Below, one piece after another: positions 55,377 through 64,000 of a stretch of 64,000 nucleotides of DNA. The first letter of the stretch is position 1, and each line of letters starts with the position of its first letter. The notes beneath the pieces were generated by a model. That model did no database searches, was not told the DNA's origin, and was given only the letters and a program-made list of their open reading frames with translations. Origin of the DNA: an uncultured Planctomycetaceae bacterium (GTDB taxonomy: Bacteria; Planctomycetota; Planctomycetia; Planctomycetales; Planctomycetaceae); contig CAXBME010000026.1 in assembly GCA_963976765.1 (NCBI GenBank), positions 62,001-126,000 of the forward strand, written 5' to 3'. The position numbers and the translations under genes are program-made.

Positions 55377-55906
55377 GGTGAGCCAAATCAAACTGATCGT
55401 TGCCATCGGCAAATTCTGACAACTAGAGTTGAGCGTCCGTTGATTGATGAGCCGATCGTGATCGCCGAGGTTTATGTCAGAAAACGGTTCAACGTCGCCC
55501 GGTCGATCCCACCGGTTGGCGCAATAGTTGAGACTTTCACAGTCATGACTGCCGTGCTGACAAGTTGCAACAAAATGGCTGCACCTGACTGATGGATCAG
55601 TTGTCATGAGCCGGGAATGCCGTGAGCTGAGTTGGACACCGCAGACTTTGACAAATGAATTGCAACGGGTGTGGCCAGTAGCTAGCGTGAAGGCCGATTA
55701 CAGAAGATAGACGCGAGTACGAATGCAGTAAGGTTTGCAAAGATCGAAACACCTCGGTATTTCGTAGCGGGCGACCAGGCTGCCTGGAAGTTTTCGTATC
55801 AAACGCCGTAAAGGAAGAAGTCAGACCAGATCAACAGATTCTGGTCGGATGGAGTTCTCCCTGATGCCCTTGGGCAAATCCGCAGCTCTCACACAAGACT
55901 GACGTT

Positions 55907-56998
55907 ATGACAACCGAAACCCAGGTTGCCGATGGCATGGAGCCCACCCCGGAACCTCGACTCGAAATCAGTGGGTCACGACAGATTACAAACTGGATGG
56001 CCGACCAGAAGGTCAGCCTCGGGTTTACAACATATCAGACCGGCAAGGTGTTTCTCATTGGTCTGAAGCCAGAGGACAAGCTGTCGGTATTCGAACGCAC
56101 GTTCAATAGATGCATGGGACTCTGCTCAGACAACAACGGGCAGACTCTCTGGATGAGTTCGCTCTTCCAGCTCTGGCGATTTGAAAATGCACTCGAACCT
56201 GGGCAGACAGCTGACGGGTATGACAGACTATACGTGCCTCAGATCGGGTATACTACGGGCGACATTGATGTTCACGACGTGGCCGTTGACTCGAACGGTC
56301 GAGTCGTGTTTGTAAACACACTTTTTGGCTGCCTGTCTACGAAGAGCGACACTCACAGCTTTCGACCGCTGTGGAAACCGCCGTTTATCAGTCGACTTGC
56401 TGCCGAAGATCGCTGCCATTTGAACGGGATGGCCATGAAGGATGGTCGTCCCAAATGGGTATCAGCGGTCAGTCAGTCAGACGTCAATGACGGATGGAGA
56501 GATCGGCGGCGCGATGGCGGGTGCATCATTGACGTTGAGACGAACGAAATCGTCGTCGAAGGATTGTCGATGCCGCATTCGCCACGGTGGTATCGAGACA
56601 AACTTTGGGTGCTGGATTCCGGAAACGGTTTCTTCGGGTACATTGATTTTGAGAAGCGAAAATTTGAGCCGGTAACTTTCTGCCCCGGCTATCAGCGGGG
56701 GATGGCGTTTACTGGAGACTATGCCATTGTCGGCCTGTCGCGGCCTCGGCATAACAAGACATTTTCCGGTTTGGCACTTGATGAAGAGTTGAAGAACCGA
56801 GATGCCGATGCCAGATGCGGAATTCAGATCATCGATCTGCGTTCCGGAGACATCGTTCACTGGTTGAGGATCGAAGGAATCGTTGAAGAGCTGTACGATG
56901 TTATCGCGTTACCCGGAGTTGTCCGGCCAATGATGATCGGATTCAAAACGGACGAGATTCGAAGAACACTTTCGATTGGTCCGGACGAAGAACTGTGA
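55907..56998 (+). CDS. TIGR03032 (DUF4915) family protein
   Basis: TTYQTGK, TGDIDVHD, FVNTLFGCL, WKPPFISRLAAEDRCHLNG, LSMPHSPRW, ELYDV. Confidence 0.9.
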   Translation: MTTETQVADGMEPTPEPRLEISGSRQITNWMADQKVSLGFTTYQTGKVFLIGLKPEDKLSVFERTFNRCMGLCSDNNGQTLWMSSLFQLWRFENALEPGQTADGYDRLYVPQIGYTTGDIDVHDVAVDSNGRVVFVNTLFGCLSTKSDTHSFRPLWKPPFISRLAAEDRCHLNGMAMKDGRPKWVSAVSQSDVNDGWRDRRRDGGCIIDVETNEIVVEGLSMPHSPRWYRDKLWVLDSGNGFFGYIDFEKRKFEPVTFCPGYQRGMAFTGDYAIVGLSRPRHNKTFSGLALDEELKNRDADARCGIQIIDLRSGDIVHWLRIEGIVEELYDVIALPGVVRPMMIGFKTDEIRRTLSIGPDEEL

Positions 56999-57583
56999 GT
57001 AGGACCAGGCATGCAGCGTCGCCGGTAGTCCAGCGAAAACTGATTGCCAGCGGCGCGTTTGACTTAGGGAATGTCCACTGCTGGAGACGGGGTCGGCAAT
57101 GAGTGCCGGGGAAGTTTTGAGTGAACGCTCAAGTCGCATGAGGTACTTGAGTGGCTGCCAGAGCTGTTTAACATCGATGTTGCAGCTCCTTTCCGCACGG
57201 ATGCTCAGTTGAGATAAAGCGGTTCTGAATCACCGGATGTGTATCGAGTTTCAGAGCAGTTTACCGCTCGATCTCGATGCTTTTCGTCGGATTTGTCCCG
57301 AGTAAGAGATTCGGGAACCATCCGGTAAAACAACCGTCCAAACCGATTCGGACTAAATGACAATCCGCAACTGCCTGAAACTGTGTCTGTGCAATCTGTG
57401 TGTAAATGTTTTCTGGGTTGCAATTTGAGTCGCTGATAAAAGCCATTGAAAGCCATTGAACTGAATCAGAATCCTGGGATGGATTGAGCAGAAGCTGTTC
57501 AGTCGACGCCCGGAGTCCAATATTTGATTTTCCAGGCCGCGAGATTTTGCATCCTGGGTGTGTGTCGTTTGGAGCTACGAACC

Positions 57584-60451
57584 ATGCTGCTGACCGATTG
57601 GCTGAAGTGTCTCTCTGGTACCCGCTCGAAATTCTGTGCGCCACCCCGCATCATTCGCCGCCAGCGAGCACGAGCCGCCGGTGTTGCGGAAGTGTCGAGC
57701 CAGCCGGAAACTCTTGAAAATCGAACCCTGCTCAGCGCCGCCAACATTCTCTTAACTGATGTTTCAGGCGCGGTCGGGTTTCAAATCACTGGAGCATCTC
57801 CAGGAGGCACAAATTTCGGCAGTTCGATCAAGCCAGCTGGCGATGTCAATGGCGATGGTTTTGAAGACGTGATCGTTGGAGCCTATTACGAGAACGTCAA
57901 CGCGGGGGCGGCGTACATTCTTTTTGGAAAGTCTGACGGTTTCAGCCCCCCACCAAATCTTGACGATCTCAAGGCAACAGACGGCTTCGTAATTCGCGGA
58001 GTCAATGGCGGAATTCCCGGACCGGCCGATTACGCCGGAACCGCAGTCTCTGGTGCAGGGGACGTGAATGGCGACGGATTTGATGACATCCTTGTTGCCA
58101 CTGCTCGGTACTCCGCAACGGCCGACGGCGCCGCGGGGTACGTTGTTTTCGGAAAAGCAAACAACACCGAAGTCAATTTGAGCAGTATTGATGCCGGTGC
58201 CAGTGACTCGCTCGGCTTTCGTCTGACGGGGTTTGGCAGCACGCCAGACTTCAATGCTGCTAACGCTGCCGCAACTGGCGGAGATCTCAATGGCGACGGG
58301 TTTGATGATATTGTTTTTGGTGGACCAAGAACGAATGTTGGAGCTTCCTATGGCGTCGGCGCAGCCTATGTGGTCTTCGGTAAGGAAAACGGGTTTGCCA
58401 ATCTCAATATTTCGGATCTGAATGGTACAAACGGCTTTCGGTTTACGGATACCCAGGCCGTTGGTGATGCCAGCAACCAGGCTTATATCGGTTCGTCAGT
58501 CAGCATTGGCGGAGACATCAACGGCGACGGGTTGGACGACCTGATCGTCGGTGCCCCGAAGTTCGACTATGGAGCATACAATGGCAGGGTCTTTGTTGTT
58601 TTTGGCAGGACCAGTTTCAGTGCTACCGTCGAAGTGAATTCACTGAATGGAACGACCGGTTTCACCGCAACTGGCGTGCTGAACGAAAAGGCGGCCACGG
58701 GTGCAGCTGTCAGCAGCGGCGGTGATGTCAACGGAGACGGAATTGATGACTTTGTCGTGGGGGCTCCCGGCAGCGACGACTACGCCCACGTGGCGGGGCG
58801 TGTCTATGTCGTCTTCGGAAAGACGAACATTGGATCTTCCGGTTCTCTAAACCTCACTCAGATAGCCGGATCAAGCGGGTTTATTCTGAATGGAGCAGCG
58901 AATTACGACGTCGCCGGGACATCCGTCGACATTACCGGCGACATCAACGGCGACGGGTTTGATGATGTCGTGATCGGGGCTCCGACGATTAGTTCCGAAT
59001 CAACGGCACCTGGAGCAAACAACGGGCAGGCTTATGTCGTTTTCGGCAGGTCCAATGTATCGACCACCGCGCCGAGCAATCTCAGCAGCCTGAATGGCAT
59101 CACAGGGTTCAGGCTGAGTGGCTCTGCCAGCTACCATGCTGGACAGCGAGTCACATCCGGGGTCGATCTCAATGGTGACGGTTTTGATGAAATTTTCATC
59201 GGCGAACCGTATTCGACCCGTGGAAGGGTCACGGTCTTCTTCGGGACTGATTTTGGGCTTAATAATGGAGTTGGCGGTGATGGCGAACTCGGCAATGGTC
59301 TGCAAAAGATCGGCGATTCGACGGCGGAAACTCTGACAGCCGATGCGGGCAGCACCGCTGCTGACATTCTCGTTGGTGGAGGCGGCAACGACACCCTGAT
59401 CTCGGATGGTGGCTCCGACGTTCTGATTGGTGGTTCCGGCGACGATGTCCTCACGGCGAACCTGGCAAATTTCTCAAATCCAAACGTACCACGATTTGAC
59501 GGCGGCACGGGAGTCGACACTCTGACGGGCGATGCGTCGTTCAGCGGCGCATCGATCAACCTGACAGAAATCCCTGGCAACAGAATCAACGATATCGAAG
59601 TCATTGATCTGGAAGACTCAGCGACTCAGACGTTGACGCTCAACCTGGCAACAGTTCTCGCCATCACCGGAGCCGGCCCCACCACCGCCAGCTCTTCACC
59701 GTTCGCGACAAACGACGCTCACACTCTAGTTATTCTGAGAGACGCTGACGACACGATCAACATCGGCACAGGCTGGACTCAGGGGGCCAACCAGACGATC
59801 GACGGTGAAACCTTCGAGGTGTTCACTCAGGCTGGAGCGACGGTCAAAATTCAGTCCGCCATAGCTGTCAATGGAGACGTCAATGGTGACAATGTTTATG
59901 ACTTCAATGACGGGATTCTGATCGCGCTCGTCAAAGCTTTCTTCCCGAATTCCAGTATCGAGGCGAACCAGGGTGGCACCTCACTGTCGGCTGCCACGAT
60001 CAAAGCCAACGTCAACGCTCTAAACGGAGAATCAATTTTTGATGTTAATGAAGACTCAATTTTTGATTTCAATGATGGGATCCTGATCGCACTCGTTAAG
60101 GCTTTTTTTCCAAATTCCAGTATCGAAGCAAATCAGGGTGGTACATCCCTGACAGCCACTGCCATTAAAGCAAACGTCAATGCGATTCCGTCACCTCCCT
60201 CGGGACGACTCGCGCCACCCCTGCGGTTAGCAGAAGAAGCTTCAGAATCGGCAGTACCAGAAACTCCGTCGTTTTTGCCACCTGCCCCTGCCGCTTTGCT
60301 GGTCATTGACGAAAGTTCCGCTTCTGAGGCCGCAGGAACTGACGATCCAAAGGGAACAACTCAAACTCAGCGGGACAGTGGCTCTGGAGCAAACGTGGAT
60401 CAAGCATTCATTACAGACCAGATTGACGTCTCGTTAAATTTGTTGTTGTAG
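57584..60451 (+). CDS. exported LEPRxLL-type protein: 7 FG-GAP repeats, RTX-like Ca-binding repeats and a C-terminal dockerin-like duplicated module
   Basis: MLLTDWL..RRQR..LENRTLLS; seven (G)D(V/L/I)NGDG(F/L/I)D/E motifs; GGGGNDTL, GGSGDDVL; 55-aa tandem repeat. Confidence 0.88.
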   Translation: MLLTDWLKCLSGTRSKFCAPPRIIRRQRARAAGVAEVSSQPETLENRTLLSAANILLTDVSGAVGFQITGASPGGTNFGSSIKPAGDVNGDGFEDVIVGAYYENVNAGAAYILFGKSDGFSPPPNLDDLKATDGFVIRGVNGGIPGPADYAGTAVSGAGDVNGDGFDDILVATARYSATADGAAGYVVFGKANNTEVNLSSIDAGASDSLGFRLTGFGSTPDFNAANAAATGGDLNGDGFDDIVFGGPRTNVGASYGVGAAYVVFGKENGFANLNISDLNGTNGFRFTDTQAVGDASNQAYIGSSVSIGGDINGDGLDDLIVGAPKFDYGAYNGRVFVVFGRTSFSATVEVNSLNGTTGFTATGVLNEKAATGAAVSSGGDVNGDGIDDFVVGAPGSDDYAHVAGRVYVVFGKTNIGSSGSLNLTQIAGSSGFILNGAANYDVAGTSVDITGDINGDGFDDVVIGAPTISSESTAPGANNGQAYVVFGRSNVSTTAPSNLSSLNGITGFRLSGSASYHAGQRVTSGVDLNGDGFDEIFIGEPYSTRGRVTVFFGTDFGLNNGVGGDGELGNGLQKIGDSTAETLTADAGSTAADILVGGGGNDTLISDGGSDVLIGGSGDDVLTANLANFSNPNVPRFDGGTGVDTLTGDASFSGASINLTEIPGNRINDIEVIDLEDSATQTLTLNLATVLAITGAGPTTASSSPFATNDAHTLVILRDADDTINIGTGWTQGANQTIDGETFEVFTQAGATVKIQSAIAVNGDVNGDNVYDFNDGILIALVKAFFPNSSIEANQGGTSLSAATIKANVNALNGESIFDVNEDSIFDFNDGILIALVKAFFPNSSIEANQGGTSLTATAIKANVNAIPSPPSGRLAPPLRLAEEASESAVPETPSFLPPAPAALLVIDESSASEAAGTDDPKGTTQTQRDSGSGANVDQAFITDQIDVSLNLLL
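59873..60184 (+). repeat. intragenic 165-bp (55-aa) tandem duplication, dockerin-like
   Basis: GDVNGDNVYDFNDGILIALVKAFFPNSSIEANQGGTSL / FDVNEDSIFDFNDGILIALVKAFFPNSSIEANQGGTSL. Confidence 0.9.
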
Positions 60452-60479
60452 CTGTGCGTTTTATCGTTTTAGAGGTTGT

Positions 60480-60533
60480 GTCGAGTTCAGCACTACCCGC
60501 ACCCCAGTCGAGTTCAGCACTACCCGCACCCCA
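60480..60533. repeat. perfect 27-bp tandem duplication
   Basis: GTCGAGTTCAGCACTACCCGCACCCCA x2. Confidence 0.95.
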
Positions 60534-60650
60534 GCTTACCCTGTTGCCGGCGTCAGATACTCATAAATACGACCTGCCATTCACGTGGGCACGGGTTCGT
60601 TCTCCCAAATCGCACATAGAGCCCCTTCTTTTGAACGAGGCAGAACTGTC

Positions 60651-63600
60651 ATGTTGCTAAATCTTTTTCGAACATACCTAACAAATGTTTATGGCAACGT
60701 CGTGTCGAAATCACGTCGAACGCGTCACCGATCTCCACAGAGAACATTGACGCGAGGGCTTCATCAACGAATGGAGCGTCTCGAAGATCGTACGTTGCTG
60801 GCAGCTCAGCTAGTGACTGCCGGTCCCACAACGACGCTAACCGTCGGGGCTGGTCAGGAGATTACAATTCCTGTTACCTACCAGACGTTCGATGGGACAG
60901 CAGCAGCCCTGGGCAGTCCGGCAGCGTTGCAGGCTTCAATCCTGTTCAATCTCACAATGCATTACGACTCCAGTGAGCTGACATTCGTACGGTTTGAGAA
61001 TGCGAAGACGGATAACGGCCACCAGGGAGTTGTTGACGATTTGGAATCAACTGTCACTCCCGATGCTGACTCAAACACGGATCGTGTTGTTCAAACGTCG
61101 TTCTTTAACTTCGGCTCGGCGTTTCCTGTCCCTGCTACCGACGCCGAACTGAAGCTATTCGATGCCGTGTTTACCGTTAGCGCTGGTTTCTCGGCATCCA
61201 CTCAGTTGAACTTCGTCAGGCAGGCAACGGGGGGAGTTGTCGGTGGCGGTTCATTTGAATTTGTCGGACAGGGAATCACTCTCAATCCGGCACCGTCGGT
61301 CAGCATCGCCGGAACTACAGATGGTGTTGAAGGTTCGGCTAACGGGCTGTTTACTGTGACACAGTCTGCGACGACCGGGACAAATACTGTGGTCAATTTT
61401 TCAGTCGCGGGAACGGCTGATGACGTGACTGACTTTAACATCGCGACTGCCGGCAACGTCACTTACGACGCAGGGACAAACACCGGCACAATTACAATTC
61501 CTTCCGGGATGACCTCAGCCACGATTCCGATCGTCGTACTCGATGGAAACACCACGGTTGAGGCAACTGAAGCCGTCAGCATTACTCTGACCGGGATCAG
61601 CAGCGGCGACGCTGTGCTTGGCGGAGGGACAACGGATTCGATCGACATTACGGACAATGATACGGCAACTTTCACTGTTGACGATGTAACGGTCGACGAA
61701 GCAACTGGAAACGCGACGTTCACTGTTTCATTGAACAACCCGATTGACACCGCTGTGAGCATTGATGTCAGCTATGGCGGCGGCACCGCGGCGGGCGGTG
61801 GCACGGACTACGACTCGGCTACCGATGTGGCGATGTTTACCGCCAACTCGACTACGGCTCAAACTGTAACTGTCGCGATCACCAATGACGATCTGGTCGA
61901 GCTGACAGAAACTTTCACGGTCTCGCTGGCGGTCAATTCGGGAACTGTACTCGGCACGCGAAGTGTCATCGTGACCGACCAGGGCACAGGAACGATCACC
62001 GACAACGATACGGCTACCTTTACCATCGGCGATATATCGATTGGCGAAGGCGGCACCACGGCGACGTTCACGGTTTCACTGGATAAGGCAATCGACACCG
62101 CCGCGACGATTGATGTCAGCTACGGTGGTGGCACAGCCACTGGCGGTGGCACCGACTACGATTCCACCACAGACCAGGTGATGTACTCAGCAAATACGAC
62201 GGGAGACCGTACGGTCACCGTCGCAATTAACAATGACAATATTGTCGAACTGGCCGAAACTTTCATTGCTTCGCTTTCCGTCAACGGCAGCCTTGGTGCT
62301 CGTAGTGTGGACGTGACCGACCAGGCAACCGGCACGATCAATGATAACGACACGGCGACGTTCACGATTGAGGATGTCAGCGTCAACGAAGGTGATGGAA
62401 CAGCCACATTCACAGTGTCGCTGAGCAACCCAATCGACATTGCAGCCTCGATCGACGTGAACTACTCCGGCACTTCAGCGACCGGTGGCGGCACCGATTT
62501 TGACTCTGCCACAGACACTGTCACGTTTAACAGTGGGACAAATGCTGACCAGACAGTGACCGTTGCGATCAATGATGACGACATTGTTGAAGCCACAGAA
62601 AGCTTTGCCGCAACACTGGCTGTGAATGCCGGAACCGTTCTTGGGGCACGAAGCTTCAACGTCACTGACGCGGCCACAGGCAGCATTACTGACAACGACA
62701 CGGCGACATTCACGATCGCTGACGCTACGGCCAGCGAAGAAGACGGCACGATGACGTTCACCATCGCGCTTGATAAAGCCATCGATACTGCCATTACTCT
62801 TGACGTGACTTTCACTCCGGACTCGGCTTCGAGTGCAGATTTCACGGCGACCACTCAGCAGGTCACATTCCCTGCGGGTGACAATTCATCGCGCACGGTA
62901 ATGGTTCCGCTGACCAGTGACGCGATCGTTGAAGGCGACGAAACGTTCAATGTCGACCTGTCAGTGAACACCGGGATGACGCCAACGGGTGGACGGACAA
63001 TCAACACCACCGACGGAGCTGTCGGGACGATTACCGACGTTGACACCGCCACTGTCAGCATCGCCCAGACGACCAACGGAGCGGAAACCGATTCGTCAAC
63101 GCCAGGACGCTTCACGGTCACTCTGTCGAACCCGAGTTCGGTGGATACCGTTGTCAGTTACAGCGTCGCAGGTACGGCCACTGCTGGCACTGACTACTCG
63201 GCTCTTTCTGGAACCGTAACAATCTCAGCGAATTCGACTTCGCAGACAATTGACGTGACCGTCCTTGGGGACGACATCGTCGAAGACGACGAGTCCGTCA
63301 TGGTGACCCTGACGGGGTTCACAGCTCGCGATCCTCAGGTCACTCTCGGAACAGCGTCAGCCACCGTCAATATTACCGATGACGATTCGGCGACAATTAC
63401 GATTGGCAACGCATCGGTCACCGAAGGTGGAGACCTGATGTTTACGGTTTCGACCGACAAACAGATTGACACCAACGTTCTGGTCGACGTGGCCTTTGCC
63501 GATGTTTCAACCGAAGGAGCTGCTGACTTCGCCAACAGCGGGCAGCAAATCACTCTGAATGCTAACACCAGCAGCCAGACGGTGACCGTTTCCACAATCA

Positions 63601-64000
63601 ACGATACGGTTGTGGAAGGAACAGAAACACTGACCGCAACAATCAGCCTGGCCGCTCAATCACTTGGCAATCGTGGAGTTACAGGAGCCGATTCCGGGAC
63701 CGGCACGATCAATGACAACGACACGGCAGTATTCTCATTCGACCAGTCGACAAGTTCGGTCAATGAAGGCCCACTTCCAAATCCGAACAATGTCAATGTT
63801 GCAGTAACATTGCTGATTACCGCCAATGGAATGACCGGCACAGGAATTCTCGAAGGTAATCTGTCGGTCGACGTTAGTGACGCTGGCGGAAGCAGTGCAA
63901 CTCGTGGTGCCGGTGCTGACTTCACAAGCACAACGAACCCCGTGACCTTGACCTTCTCAGCCAGCGGAACTCAAAACGCCGTATTCACAATCAATGATGA
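60651..64000 (+). CDS. large exported LEPRxLL-type adhesin: cohesin-like domain plus at least 8 Calx-beta repeats (3'-truncated by the window; absent from the ORF track)
   Basis: Manual translation from ATG 60651 (GAGG SD): MLLNLF..RRTR..LEDRTLLA, then LTVGAGQEITIPVTY..HYDSSELTF.., then about 115-aa repeats ending GTITDND; no stop seen, and all antisense shadow ORFs keep one register. Confidence 0.9.
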   Translation, partial: MLLNLFRTYLTNVYGNVVSKSRRTRHRSPQRTLTRGLHQRMERLEDRTLLAAQLVTAGPTTTLTVGAGQEITIPVTYQTFDGTAAALGSPAALQASILFNLTMHYDSSELTFVRFENAKTDNGHQGVVDDLESTVTPDADSNTDRVVQTSFFNFGSAFPVPATDAELKLFDAVFTVSAGFSASTQLNFVRQATGGVVGGGSFEFVGQGITLNPAPSVSIAGTTDGVEGSANGLFTVTQSATTGTNTVVNFSVAGTADDVTDFNIATAGNVTYDAGTNTGTITIPSGMTSATIPIVVLDGNTTVEATEAVSITLTGISSGDAVLGGGTTDSIDITDNDTATFTVDDVTVDEATGNATFTVSLNNPIDTAVSIDVSYGGGTAAGGGTDYDSATDVAMFTANSTTAQTVTVAITNDDLVELTETFTVSLAVNSGTVLGTRSVIVTDQGTGTITDNDTATFTIGDISIGEGGTTATFTVSLDKAIDTAATIDVSYGGGTATGGGTDYDSTTDQVMYSANTTGDRTVTVAINNDNIVELAETFIASLSVNGSLGARSVDVTDQATGTINDNDTATFTIEDVSVNEGDGTATFTVSLSNPIDIAASIDVNYSGTSATGGGTDFDSATDTVTFNSGTNADQTVTVAINDDDIVEATESFAATLAVNAGTVLGARSFNVTDAATGSITDNDTATFTIADATASEEDGTMTFTIALDKAIDTAITLDVTFTPDSASSADFTATTQQVTFPAGDNSSRTVMVPLTSDAIVEGDETFNVDLSVNTGMTPTGGRTINTTDGAVGTITDVDTATVSIAQTTNGAETDSSTPGRFTVTLSNPSSVDTVVSYSVAGTATAGTDYSALSGTVTISANSTSQTIDVTVLGDDIVEDDESVMVTLTGFTARDPQVTLGTASATVNITDDDSATITIGNASVTEGGDLMFTVSTDKQIDTNVLVDVAFADVSTEGAADFANSGQQITLNANTSSQTVTVSTINDTVVEGTETLTATISLAAQSLGNRGVTGADSGTGTINDNDTAVFSFDQSTSSVNEGPLPNPNNVNVAVTLLITANGMTGTGILEGNLSVDVSDAGGSSATRGAGADFTSTTNPVTLTFSASGTQNAVFTIND

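Noticed and set aside
57126..57160. Hairpin GCTCAAGT..ACTTGAGT as a possible c-di-GMP riboswitch before the adhesin
   Set aside because: The conserved c-di-GMP-I/II elements were not found in the right order
60480..60533. Possible CRISPR array
   Set aside because: Two adjacent copies with no spacer and no cas genes
61202..63931. Series of Val/Ser/Thr-rich - strand ORFs
   Set aside because: All in one register as shadows of the + strand Calx-beta gene starting at 60651

Overview
Chromosomal window from a planctomycete, probably Planctomycetaceae; the assignment rests on DUF1501/DUF1549/DUF1553 genes, LEPRxLL-type exported proteins and an ECF sigma/Ser-Thr kinase pair. Housekeeping content: a complete F1Fo ATP synthase operon, gnd, a KdgK-like kinase, prs, a TrpG/PabA-type amidotransferase and an S41 protease. 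Accessory content: three Hanks kinases, a stand-alone aldehyde:ferredoxin oxidoreductase-family enzyme, a YaaC-like gene next to a REP mosaic, an IS982 remnant, TonB plus a BtuB-like receptor behind a cobalamin riboswitch carrying an extra hairpin, a FixL/FixJ-like pair facing a cytochrome P460-family gene, and an HpnN-like MMPL transporter. The most interesting locus is at the right end: a TIGR03032 gene, then a 7-bladed FG-GAP/RTX protein ending in a symmetric dockerin-like repeat, then a large gene absent from the ORF track (60651 to beyond 64000) with an N-terminal cohesin-like domain and at least 8 Calx-beta repeats. This is a candidate non-cellulosomal cohesin-dockerin adhesin assembly. 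A bipartite motif GTAAC-N14/15-CCTGAGT recurs in three intergenic regions and may define an ECF regulon that includes this locus. No rRNA, tRNA or CRISPR array was seen. All family calls come from motif recognition by eye; no database searches were run.
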